From NCBI GenBank assembly GCA_016199085.1, contig JACQHJ010000009.1, positions 41,667-105,666 on the forward strand: a stretch of DNA of 64,000 nucleotides, read 5' to 3'. Of the stretch, positions 54,333 to 63,707 are shown one piece after another. The notes beneath the pieces are model-generated. The model was not told the DNA's origin. It did not search any database and worked only from the letters and a program-made list of their open reading frames with translations. Within the stretch, counting starts at the first letter, position 1. Every line of letters begins with the position of its first letter. Source of the DNA: Candidatus Levyibacteriota bacterium. Its GTDB lineage: Bacteria > Patescibacteriota > Microgenomatia > Levybacterales > UBA12049. Made by a program: the position numbers and the translations under genes.

Positions 54333-55286
54333 TCATACTACCGACTTATACCATTTTAAAACATCTTCTAAAGAGCTATCTAAATCATATTTATTTCCCC
54401 ATCCCATTTTTTTTATTTTTCTATCATTTAAATGCTGATATGGTATTTCGTTTTTTGCACTATTAAGGATTTTGAAATCTATTTTTGTATTTAAAATCTT
54501 TTCACATTTTTTTAATAGTTGCAAAACGGAGAGAGTATCATTTGAAGAGAAATTATAAGCTTCTCCTACTGTTTTTTTAATATTTTTAAGAAGAAAAATA
54601 TATCCCTCAACTACATCCTTCACATATAAATAGTCTCTCACATAGGTTCCATCACTTCTTAGAAGTAAGGTTTTTTTATTTATAACCGCATCACAAATAT
54701 CCGGTATTATTCTTCCTAAATGAAAATCTCCTTCTCCATATACGTTTCCAAACCGTGTAATAACTACAGGAAGACTAAAAGATTTGTAATAAGTATAAGA
54801 TATTAAATCTGCGGCTGATTTTGAAACGTCATAAGGATGGTCACCTCTTAGGGGAGACGTTTCATCGTAAGCCTTAGTGGTTTTTCCGTAAGCTTTGTCA
54901 CTAGATGCAACAATTACTCCCTTAATATTTTTTATCTGTCTTGCAGCATCGAGAACGTTTACCGTACCCATAATATTTGTTTCAAAAGTAGCATGTGGAT
55001 TTAGAAACGCATTATCTACAATAGGCTCTGCCGCAAGATGAAAAACAAAACTGGGATTATAAAAATTAAATACATCAAATAGTAAATCTCTTTTCCTAAT
55101 ATCAACAAGTCTAAGGATTGTCTTTGAATTTAAACCTTGGCTTGCATAAATAGAATTCCTATTAACTTCTATGTCTAGGACTATCACATTTTTTGCACCC
55201 AGATCAAGCAAGCCCTTAACCAAATTACTTCCGATAAAGCCTGCCCCTCCTGTTACTATAATTACCTCTTTATCTAATCCTTCCAT
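54333..55286 (-). CDS. rfbG: CDP-glucose 4,6-dehydratase-like
   Basis: TGGAGFIG, HLAA.P.V, SSDKAY, PYDVSK, R.GNVYG.GD....RIIPD; follows rfbF. ORF track starts at 55313. Confidence 0.75.
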   Translation of the reverse strand: MEGLDKEVIIVTGGAGFIGSNLVKGLLDLGAKNVIVLDIEVNRNSIYASQGLNSKTILRLVDIRKRDLLFDVFNFYNPSFVFHLAAEPIVDNAFLNPHATFETNIMGTVNVLDAARQIKNIKGVIVASSDKAYGKTTKAYDETSPLRGDHPYDVSKSAADLISYTYYKSFSLPVVITRFGNVYGEGDFHLGRIIPDICDAVINKKTLLLRSDGTYVRDYLYVKDVVEGYIFLLKNIKKTVGEAYNFSSNDTLSVLQLLKKCEKILNTKIDFKILNSAKNEIPYQHLNDRKIKKMGWGNKYDLDSSLEDVLKWYKSVV

Positions 55287-56059
55287 ACTTTCCACCTTGG
55301 ATCCTCTTTCCAAATTTTGTTCAAATCACTGACATCGGCATAAGTATCCATACAGTGCCAAAAACCATCATGAGAATAAACCGATAATTGCTTTTTAGAA
55401 ACCAGCCTTTTTAAAGCCTCATGCTCAAATTCTGCAGGATTTATATATTTAAAAAACTCTCTTTTAAAAACCATAAATCCCCCATTAGTTCTTTCTTTTA
55501 AAATAGGTTTTTCTATGAAGCTTTCCGCAATGAGTTTTTGGTTGATTTTTAAAAGTCCGTATTTACTTCGGGGATGGACTCCGGTGATCGTTCCTATTGT
55601 CCCTTGTCTTTTATGAAAGTTTACAAGCTTACTAATATCAATGTCTGCAACACCATCTCCATAAGTTACCATAAAATATTTATCTGTTTTTGGAATAAAG
55701 TTTTTAACCCTCAAGATCCTTTCGCCGGGTAGAGTTTCTTCTCCTGTATCTACAAATGTAATTTTAAAATTATCATTTTTATTTTCATTCTTTTTGCCTT
55801 TATGAATTAACGTTTTACCTGTTTTTGTAGAAATGGAGAAATTATTTGAGTAGTGTTTTTGGTTTAAAAAATATTGTTTTATCTGATCACCTTTGTAACC
55901 AAGAGCAATAATGAAGTCATTAAATCCGTAATGTGCATATATTTTCATTATATGCCACAATATTGGCATGTCTCCAATTTGAACCATGGGCTTTGGTTTA
56001 AACTCCGTTTCTTCTTTAAGCCTATAACCTAAACCTCCACATAGAATAATTGTCTTCAT
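55274..56059 (-). CDS. rfbF: Glucose-1-phosphate cytidylyltransferase
   Basis: ILCGGLG.RL.EET..KPKPMV.IG..PILWHIMK.Y, VDTG, TYGDG, FW.CMDT. Confidence 0.92.
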   Translation of the reverse strand: MKTIILCGGLGYRLKEETEFKPKPMVQIGDMPILWHIMKIYAHYGFNDFIIALGYKGDQIKQYFLNQKHYSNNFSISTKTGKTLIHKGKKNENKNDNFKITFVDTGEETLPGERILRVKNFIPKTDKYFMVTYGDGVADIDISKLVNFHKRQGTIGTITGVHPRSKYGLLKINQKLIAESFIEKPILKERTNGGFMVFKREFFKYINPAEFEHEALKRLVSKKQLSVYSHDGFWHCMDTYADVSDLNKIWKEDPRWKVWKD

Positions 56060-57093
56060 AGGTATTTACTAAATTTTAACTTTAGCACGGCAAAACTAGT
56101 AAATCTGACGTAGTATATCAAAAATAGCAAACACATAAAAGGATGGAGAAACCATGCAGCGTCTCTTACTTTTAAAAATCCTCTTATGCTTAAAAATAAA
56201 GGCTGGATAAATGTAACTGTATAAAAAATATATTTTGATAAATTCACTATGTCTTTTGGGGAATTAAAATCAAAAACTGCGTATCTTCTATGATCTAAGT
56301 ACTTTGACAATGAATATCTCTTAACATATAAAACTCTTCTTCTAACAAGATCAAAAATTCCATTTCCTATATCATGCTCAATACTTGTCGTTTTTACTAC
56401 AGCAAATCTTTTGAAACCTAATTTTAATAGATCTACATAAATATCTATATGCACATAAGCTTCGGGAGAAATATCTGCCTTTAGCAAAATCTTTCTTCTT
56501 GTCAAAAATCCATTATCTCCTACTGTTGGAAGATTATTTTTATTGAATTCAACTACATCGTAGTTTTTCTCCCTTTTAATTATTTTCCCTTTTAAGTACT
56601 TATCTGTTAACCAGGTTTCCCTATCTGCTTTATTTAGATATAGGGCAACAGGATCGCTAATCCCAAAACAAGCACAATATCTATCAAGCAGCTTCATGTT
56701 TTTATTTATCCCGTAATGCAGAGTAAAGGTTGAGATTATTTTTCTATCGTCAATGAAAGGTTGAATTAACTGCCGTAAAGAATTTTTATCCGATAAGACA
56801 TTATCTGACTCAAGCCAAAGAACAATGTCGTTTTTTGCCTTTTTTACGGCAAATACTCTTCTTACCTCACTTTGGTCTCTCAAGTTTTTTTTAACTATCA
56901 ACTTGCATCCATAATTTTTTAAGTAATTAATTTTGTTTTTTTCTGAACCCCCATCGACTATAATGTGCTCAATCAACTGTTTTGGATAATCTTGATTTTT
57001 AATTGATTCTAAAACTTTCCTGAAAACTTTGGGATTGGGATTTAGAGTAATAGTTAAAATTGATATGCTGGGAAGTGAAAAGCTCTTCTTCAT
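56056..57093 (-). CDS. GT2 glycosyltransferase
   Basis: QDYP, VDGGS, LESDN, PTVGDNGF, C-terminal hydrophobic segments. Confidence 0.85.
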   Translation of the reverse strand: MKKSFSLPSISILTITLNPNPKVFRKVLESIKNQDYPKQLIEHIIVDGGSEKNKINYLKNYGCKLIVKKNLRDQSEVRRVFAVKKAKNDIVLWLESDNVLSDKNSLRQLIQPFIDDRKIISTFTLHYGINKNMKLLDRYCACFGISDPVALYLNKADRETWLTDKYLKGKIIKREKNYDVVEFNKNNLPTVGDNGFLTRRKILLKADISPEAYVHIDIYVDLLKLGFKRFAVVKTTSIEHDIGNGIFDLVRRRVLYVKRYSLSKYLDHRRYAVFDFNSPKDIVNLSKYIFYTVTFIQPLFLSIRGFLKVRDAAWFLHPFMCLLFLIYYVRFTSFAVLKLKFSKYL

Positions 57094-57163
57094 TGTATTG
57101 AATTAGGAATTGTCGTATTATAGCATCTAAAGATATCCAAATAAAATAAAAGAAAGATTGTTA

Positions 57164-57192
57164 TTGTCAAGAAATTTTATTTAATGTAAAAT
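57164..57192 (+). promoter_or_regulatory. Promoter TTGTCA-N17-TAAAAT of the PLP enzyme gene
   Basis: Hexamers read directly. A divergent extended -10 (TGcTATAAT) lies at 57117-57125 (-). Confidence 0.6.
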
Positions 57193-57207
57193 CATTTTGT
57201 AAATAAG

Positions 57208-58407
57208 ATGAAAGGATTAAGAGTTTCATACGCACAAGCCGTCCACGATGACGCTGAGACAAAAAAAATTCTTTCTGTACTAAAGGAACATAGAACCATA
57301 ATCGGAAAAGAAACAGAAGAGTTCGAGAAAAGAGTCGCAACGCATTTTGGAAAAAAATATGCAGTTATGGTAAATTCCGGCTCTTCTGCAAATTTAATTG
57401 CCGTCAGATTATTAAATTTACCTGCCCATTCAGAAGTGATTACACCGCTACTTACTTTTTCAACTACTATTGCTCCCCTTTTACAAAATGGCCTTGTCCC
57501 CGTCTTTGCCGATGTAGAAGAGGGAAAATACATAATTAATTTAGACGAAATAGAAAAACTTATTTCAAAAAAAACAAAAGCCCTTATGATTCCTCTTCTA
57601 ATAGGAAACGTTCCAGATATGAAAAGACTTAGACGGATTGCCGATAAGCATAAATTGTTTATTATTGAAGACTCATGCGATACCCTGGGAGCAACCTTTG
57701 ATGGAAAACCAACCGGCTACTATACAGATATTTCGACAACAAGCTTTTATGGATCACACATTATAACAGCAGGGGGCGGGGGAGGCATGGTAATGGTAAA
57801 CAGCACTAGCTGGAGAGATAAGGCAAAGGTTTTGCGAGGATGGGGAAGAAGTTCTTCTATTTTTAGCGAGTCTGAAAGTATAGATAAAAGGTTTAAGGCA
57901 AAAATAGGAAATATTCAATACGATGCAAAGTTTATTTTTGATGAAATAGCCTATAATTTCATGCCGATGGAAATTGGTTCTGCTTTTGGCAATGCACAAC
58001 TTGATAAATTACCCAAATTTAAGGCAACGAGGGAGAAGAATTTTAAGCATCTTTATGAATTTTTCAAAAAGTACGAAAGGTTTTTTATTCTCCCTAACCA
58101 GGATAAAAAAGTAAGAACTCAATGGCTGGCCTTTCCCCTAACAATTAAGGAAAACAGTCCTTTTACAAGACTTGAATTAGTAAAATATTTGGAACTAAAC
58201 AATATACAAACTCGCCCAATATTTACGGGCAACATTTTGATGCAACCCGGATTTAAAAACATCCCTCATAGAAAAAATGGTAAATATACTTATACAAATC
58301 AAGTAATGAAGCAAAGTCTTCTAATTGGATGTCATCATGGATTAAAAAAGGAACATCTAGATAAACTAAAAAATGTTTTTAGTAAATTATTAAATAAATA
58401 TTCTTAA
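57208..58407 (+). CDS. PLP/PMP-dependent NDP-4-keto-6-deoxyhexose 3-dehydratase (RfbH/DdhC/ColD family)
   Basis: VNSGSSANL, EDSCD, SFYGSH (His in place of the aminotransferase Lys), WGR, TRPIFTGNI. Confidence 0.85.
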   Translation: MKGLRVSYAQAVHDDAETKKILSVLKEHRTIIGKETEEFEKRVATHFGKKYAVMVNSGSSANLIAVRLLNLPAHSEVITPLLTFSTTIAPLLQNGLVPVFADVEEGKYIINLDEIEKLISKKTKALMIPLLIGNVPDMKRLRRIADKHKLFIIEDSCDTLGATFDGKPTGYYTDISTTSFYGSHIITAGGGGGMVMVNSTSWRDKAKVLRGWGRSSSIFSESESIDKRFKAKIGNIQYDAKFIFDEIAYNFMPMEIGSAFGNAQLDKLPKFKATREKNFKHLYEFFKKYERFFILPNQDKKVRTQWLAFPLTIKENSPFTRLELVKYLELNNIQTRPIFTGNILMQPGFKNIPHRKNGKYTYTNQVMKQSLLIGCHHGLKKEHLDKLKNVFSKLLNKYS

Positions 58408-59249
58408 GCTCTCTTTTGGGCAAGAATTGCTACGCCAAGACCTTTTTTATTATTTATCATTGTATCTACTTGGGATAATACAATAAGGAACGGATAAAAA
58501 AGTCCTGCAAGAATAAAACTTTTTTCAAGCAGAATATGGTTAATCTCCCATGCGAGTTTTCCAAAAAATCCAAATGTATGCCTTACCACTATTATTTTAA
58601 ATTTAAAATCTACGAGTTCTTTTATTAACTGCCTTACCACAAAGCCTTCACGAACGTGATCTTCGTGATGCCACTTTTTAAGCTGGCTAAATATCCTTTC
58701 TTGATTAGGTTGGGGAGTATGAATATAAAGATATCCTTTATTAGCCAATTGTCCATAAAAGTTTTTTAAAACCTTTCTGTAATCCTTTATGTGTTCCAAA
58801 ACATCAATATTAACTATTAAATCATATTTTTGTTTATCGTATTCCCTGGAAATATCTCTATAATAAAAATCTATTTCGCTAAATCCTAATTCCTCGGCAA
58901 ATTTCTTAGAAAAATTAATTTTGTTCTTATCGATCTCCTCCCCTACTATTCCTGCCTTAGGGAACATCTTGCAAAGCCAAAATGAATAGGTTCCGATTCC
59001 GCTCCCTGCATCAAGAACATTTTTAACCCTTTCCTTATTTACTTTTTCTGATATTATTTTTTTAAAATATAGGCTTCTAATTAAAAATCCAACCTCGGGA
59101 ATCCCAAATATTTGTATGTAAATTTTTTGAAGCAAAAAGATAAGGCTCTTATTGCTTGTTTTTTTTACTTTCCTACCATACTCATGCTTCATCTCTTTAA
59201 ATGAGTCAAGGAGTATCTCGGGATGTCGTGAATATTCTGATCCGATCAT
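58404..59249 (-). CDS. Class I SAM-dependent methyltransferase
   Basis: VLDAGSGIG, YDLI...DVLEHI, G.LYIHTP, HVREGF. Confidence 0.88.
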   Translation of the reverse strand: MIGSEYSRHPEILLDSFKEMKHEYGRKVKKTSNKSLIFLLQKIYIQIFGIPEVGFLIRSLYFKKIISEKVNKERVKNVLDAGSGIGTYSFWLCKMFPKAGIVGEEIDKNKINFSKKFAEELGFSEIDFYYRDISREYDKQKYDLIVNIDVLEHIKDYRKVLKNFYGQLANKGYLYIHTPQPNQERIFSQLKKWHHEDHVREGFVVRQLIKELVDFKFKIIVVRHTFGFFGKLAWEINHILLEKSFILAGLFYPFLIVLSQVDTMINNKKGLGVAILAQKRA

Positions 59250-59258
59250 AAAAATATA

Positions 59259-60578
59259 TTACTGTTCATTATATAAAAAAACACTCCAAATATTTAGTAG
59301 AAAAATAAAGGTCAAAAGGGCAGTGTTTAACATATTTGTTTTTTTCAACGTCTTTGGAAAAAATAAAGGAAGCAAAGATAATCCACAAAGTACTAAAAAT
59401 AGTCTTAAGACTATAAAAGAAAAACCAAAATAAGTAGCCCAAGTAAGCTGGAGCATTGATAAACCCGTAAACATTAACAGTAATAACGTATAAATGCGGT
59501 TTTTATTGAAATATTCTTTAATAAATAAGGCTATTGAAATAACCAAGAATGGGTAAAAAGGATATCTGTACCATCCATGCTGAGGTTCGTTAGGGATCGC
59601 AAAAATAAAAATAAAAAAGTAAGTCAGAAATGGAAGTAATAATAAGTAATTTTTCCTAAAGTTTTTCAGACTAAGAATAAAAATTGCAAACCACCCAAAA
59701 TATATCCACCCATCAATTAGGAATCTATCTACAAGATATGGCGAGGTAAACAACGCAAAAAAACTATTAAAAGTTAAATCATATCTTTGCAGCTGGAATC
59801 CCAATAGATCAAAAAATAATTTTGAATCAAAATATATTCCGTACAAAAAATATAGGGAAAATATTGGAATAACTATTGCTATAAACTTTAATGCATCTTT
59901 ATATCTTTTTAAAAATAAGAAAATCAAAAATATTGATATACCCGCAACAACCCAGGGAGCCTTAGAAAGTGCTAAGAATCCACAAACAACAGCAGCTACA
60001 TTTCTAAAGACAGAGTTTTTTGTTTTAACAAACTTTATGGTTAAGTATAAAGATAAAAGAAAAAAGGGAATAAAGAAATTTTCATTCTGAACAAGTCTTG
60101 ATCCTATCACAATTGTTGGAACAGTGGCATAAATAAATGAACTTAAAAGTCCTATTTTATATCCATAAACCTCTGCGGCAAAAACATAGATAATAAAAAT
60201 GCTTAAAATCCCAAGGATAAGAGCTAAGCCCCGAATGCGAGACAGGTCTATGTCAAACACGTCTTTTGCCCCATTTACTAACGCATAAGAACCTGCAACC
60301 AAACCAAAAAATGGGGGGTGCTCAAGATACGGCTTTACCAAAACAAAATGTGCTTTTTGATAAATAATATCTTTTTTATTTTCATACTGGGGATGCGGTG
60401 ACCAAGATATTGGAACATGATTTTGAATCAGGTTTATTCCAAGCCAGACCCAGGCATACTCATCAAAGGTTGCTCCAAGCCTTGGCCACGTATAGAGATC
60501 GTTTTGCCTTAAAACTAATCCCAAAACAAGGATTAATCCTAAGATTAAAAATCTAAATTTAAATAAATACTTATCCAT
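59259..60578 (-). CDS. GT-C fold glycosyltransferase (ArnT/PMT_2-like)
   Basis: TFDE loop, EHPP, SR...E, SK, WYRYP. Start 60578 overlaps the upstream stop (ORF track gives 60659). Confidence 0.85.
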   Translation of the reverse strand: MDKYLFKFRFLILGLILVLGLVLRQNDLYTWPRLGATFDEYAWVWLGINLIQNHVPISWSPHPQYENKKDIIYQKAHFVLVKPYLEHPPFFGLVAGSYALVNGAKDVFDIDLSRIRGLALILGILSIFIIYVFAAEVYGYKIGLLSSFIYATVPTIVIGSRLVQNENFFIPFFLLSLYLTIKFVKTKNSVFRNVAAVVCGFLALSKAPWVVAGISIFLIFLFLKRYKDALKFIAIVIPIFSLYFLYGIYFDSKLFFDLLGFQLQRYDLTFNSFFALFTSPYLVDRFLIDGWIYFGWFAIFILSLKNFRKNYLLLLPFLTYFFIFIFAIPNEPQHGWYRYPFYPFLVISIALFIKEYFNKNRIYTLLLLMFTGLSMLQLTWATYFGFSFIVLRLFLVLCGLSLLPLFFPKTLKKTNMLNTALLTFIFLLNIWSVFLYNEQ

Positions 60579-61677
60579 TTCTTGCAACTCTTTTAATAAC
60601 TTCAAGGCTATTTGCCGCTGCCGTCTCCCAGTTAAATGTATTTGCCCATTTCTTAGCATTTTTACTAAGTTTTAGCCTTAATTCTTTGTTTTTTAATATT
60701 CTACAGATGTTATCAATAAACTCTTTTTCGTCTTTTGACAAATACCCAGTCTGACCATGTCTTATTGACTCAGAAAGCCCTGCTACATCAAATGCCACTG
60801 CTGGAGCACCATATAAATTTGCTTCTATAACTGATATTCCCCAACCCTCCCCAATCGAAGGGTTAACAAATACCCAGGCTTTAGATAATAGATGCTTTTT
60901 CTCAGCCTCGCTTACCGGTCCAATTATATTCACTTTTCTTCTGGTAATACTTCTCATTGTTATGTCTGTGATTGAAGAAGCCTCTGTGCCCCAACCCGCG
61001 ATCATTAAATGCGCATTCGGTACGCGTTTTAAGACCTCAGGCATTATTTTAATAAGCAAATCTACTCTTTTATATTTTTTAATTCTTCCAAGATAAAGAA
61101 TGGTAGGTTTATAGAATTTATTTACAGATGCATTTTGTTTTTTACCATTAATACCACAATAAACTATTTCGATATTCTTATTTTTAAAACCTCGCTCTAT
61201 CAGATCATCCTTGGTAGTTTTAGATATAGCAATGATTTTTGTTTTGTAGTAGAAAAGTGGAAATAAATACCTTTCAATGATAAATCCAACTATATTAATA
61301 GGAAAAGGAAGTTCTACAAAAAATTGTTTTCCGTGGACATGATAGACTACTGCAACTTTAGGTTTTCGGCAGTAAATAGTCGTAAAAAAAGGTATCCCGT
61401 TTTGCACGTCAACGACTACATCTGTATTTTTTCTAAATCTTGTAAAATAATATATAAATGCCCAAAGGTACAAAGTAAATCTTCCGCCTTTTCTGTAAAT
61501 TTTAATCCCGCTGATCGTTTCTTCGCTTGGCAATTTTCCCCTTACATCCTGTCCGCAAAAAAGAGTAACTTTGTGGCCCATTTTAATCCATCTTTTAGCA
61601 AGTTCCGAAATATAAACCTCTCCGCCTCCGGCCCACTCATGTTTTGTATCCCTCCAATTTAAAATTAGTATATTCAT
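60571..61677 (-). CDS. GT4 glycosyltransferase
   Basis: NWRD..H..AGG.E, LGR...KR, EGWGISVIEA. Confidence 0.9.
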   Translation of the reverse strand: MNILILNWRDTKHEWAGGGEVYISELAKRWIKMGHKVTLFCGQDVRGKLPSEETISGIKIYRKGGRFTLYLWAFIYYFTRFRKNTDVVVDVQNGIPFFTTIYCRKPKVAVVYHVHGKQFFVELPFPINIVGFIIERYLFPLFYYKTKIIAISKTTKDDLIERGFKNKNIEIVYCGINGKKQNASVNKFYKPTILYLGRIKKYKRVDLLIKIMPEVLKRVPNAHLMIAGWGTEASSITDITMRSITRRKVNIIGPVSEAEKKHLLSKAWVFVNPSIGEGWGISVIEANLYGAPAVAFDVAGLSESIRHGQTGYLSKDEKEFIDNICRILKNKELRLKLSKNAKKWANTFNWETAAANSLEVIKRVARNG

Positions 61678-62414
61678 TTATCGTAGTAATGTACAATTTT
61701 AAGTCTGTAAAACACTGCTGCCGTATCCCAGAGCATTCTTAGAATAATAGCCCAAAAGTTTAAGATCGAAACAGAACTGTATCCGCTAAAATCTAGCTTT
61801 ATGGGAGACTCATAAATCTTTTTATATCCGAGCCTATAAGCTACAGCCAGAGCCTCTACGTCGAATGCAAATCTTTTTACAAGTATTCTTTTAAATACGT
61901 CTTTAGCTACAACTCTTTTATACAATTTAAACCCTACCTGAGTATCTCTTACGCTAAAACCAAACAGAAGGTGCGTTATCGTTCTGTATCCCCAAGAAAG
62001 TATTTTCCGTGCAAAAGGATAATTAACTTTTGAATCTGGATGCAGCTTACTGCCTACAACAATATCTGCCTTATTCCAATCAAAAATATTAAGCATTATG
62101 GATATCTGTGATGGATCTATATCCATCCCTGCATCTATAAACCCTATTATATCTCCTTCTGCCTTCTCAACTCCGTATTTAACAGCAAAACCCTTACCTT
62201 TATTTATTTCATATCCAAATATTCTAACTGTATTTTTTTTAACAGACTTTGCTTTCTCAAACGTATTGTCAGCAAAACCATCTACTACTACAATAATCTC
62301 GTATTTGAAATTAAACGAGGACAGAATATTATCAAGATTGATAATATCTTTTACTATTGTTTTTTCTTGTCTGTATGCAGGGACAACCAAAGATAAATAC
62401 TTAAAACTTCTCAT
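61674..62414 (-). CDS. GT2 Dol-P-Glc/Man-synthase-like polyprenol-phosphate glycosyltransferase
   Basis: VVPAY, VVDG..D, NKGKG.AV, FIDAG.D, DTQ.GFK, FAFDVE. Confidence 0.85.
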   Translation of the reverse strand: MRSFKYLSLVVPAYRQEKTIVKDIINLDNILSSFNFKYEIIVVVDGFADNTFEKAKSVKKNTVRIFGYEINKGKGFAVKYGVEKAEGDIIGFIDAGMDIDPSQISIMLNIFDWNKADIVVGSKLHPDSKVNYPFARKILSWGYRTITHLLFGFSVRDTQVGFKLYKRVVAKDVFKRILVKRFAFDVEALAVAYRLGYKKIYESPIKLDFSGYSSVSILNFWAIILRMLWDTAAVFYRLKIVHYYDK

Positions 62415-62450
62415 CAGTAAGTAATAAAATCTAAACGAAATTATATTACA

Positions 62451-63707
62451 CTATAGCTTAAATTTTTTATAGTAGTAAGCTAGTAGAGATGCTATCAAGC
62501 TTAGGCATACAAAAATAGAGACGTAGATTATTTGATAAAAATCTTTGTGAAAGCTATAAATAAGAATTATTTGTAAAAAGGCCGCAGGCACAACAAAGAA
62601 TAATACTCTTTTTTCATTTAATGATAAAAAGAGACTTACTATCACATTAACAACGCTAAAAAGTGTAACAAAAATCCCAAAATATCCTAAATATTTAGAC
62701 AAAATAAGATAATCTCTTCCTCCTAAAAATAGGTTAATAACAATTTGAGGATAAATGAAATAAAAGAAAGTAATAAAAGATGATGGAATTAATACCAAAA
62801 GCATAGCAAGATAAAACAATTTTTTATAGGCTTGTCCAATGGTATGTCTTTTGATAAGCAGTGGGAACATAACCAGCGGAATTGGTGCAGTAAAATAAAA
62901 AATAACCTTTCCTACTAATGATAATCCCGCATAGAATCCCGCCTGAGAAGAATTAAAAAAATGCTTAACTAAAATTACGTCTATGGAAGTAAAAGACGTA
63001 AGAAAAAGAACCGTAATAAATGCGGGAATAGAATAGTTAATAATCTCTTTTTTGGGAATTACAATTTTTTCTTTACTTACTGCTTTTAAAATTTTGGAAA
63101 GAGGTACAAAGGCAATTAGGAAAATCCCAAGCGCCATAAAGAATATTGACCAAAGGCCTGCAAAAACCCTAAAACCCGCATAAACCAAAACAACTCCGAC
63201 TATTAGTTTTATAACTCCTCCCAAAAAACCTATTGTAGATATAAAAGCAAATTTCATTATGCTTTGTAAAAAAGCGGTGTTTAAAGTAGAAAAGTAAAAA
63301 GCAACAACAGTTAAGCCAGTAATGACTATATAAAACTTGTTTTCTAGATGTAGGTAGTTACTTAAGGGTATGGAAAACAGTACAAATAAAGATAAGATTA
63401 CAAGTGAGAATAAGAGAATAAACTTAAAGGAGATAAGATAAAAGTTATTCACCTTGTTTATTTCATTTTTAGAGTAATAGGCCGTTGCGAATTTAACTAT
63501 TATTGTATTGATTGAATTAGAAGGAATAGCCGACAAAGTGATTACTGAAAGAAGGCTGGCAAAAATTCCGTAGTCTGCATAGGATAAATTTCTTGCCAAA
63601 AAAAGATTTAATAAAAATGCAAGTATATTGGCACCCATCGAGCCAATAAAAATATAAAAGCTCCCACTTACGAGCTCATGACGAATAATTTTTTTTATAA
63701 ATTCCAT
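62451..63707 (-). CDS. wzx: Wzx-type oligosaccharide flippase
   Basis: About 12 TMs; LAR.L...DYG, D.ILVK, AG.Y...S..GK. Confidence 0.8.
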   Translation of the reverse strand: MEFIKKIIRHELVSGSFYIFIGSMGANILAFLLNLFLARNLSYADYGIFASLLSVITLSAIPSNSINTIIVKFATAYYSKNEINKVNNFYLISFKFILLFSLVILSLFVLFSIPLSNYLHLENKFYIVITGLTVVAFYFSTLNTAFLQSIMKFAFISTIGFLGGVIKLIVGVVLVYAGFRVFAGLWSIFFMALGIFLIAFVPLSKILKAVSKEKIVIPKKEIINYSIPAFITVLFLTSFTSIDVILVKHFFNSSQAGFYAGLSLVGKVIFYFTAPIPLVMFPLLIKRHTIGQAYKKLFYLAMLLVLIPSSFITFFYFIYPQIVINLFLGGRDYLILSKYLGYFGIFVTLFSVVNVIVSLFLSLNEKRVLFFVVPAAFLQIILIYSFHKDFYQIIYVSIFVCLSLIASLLAYYYKKFKL

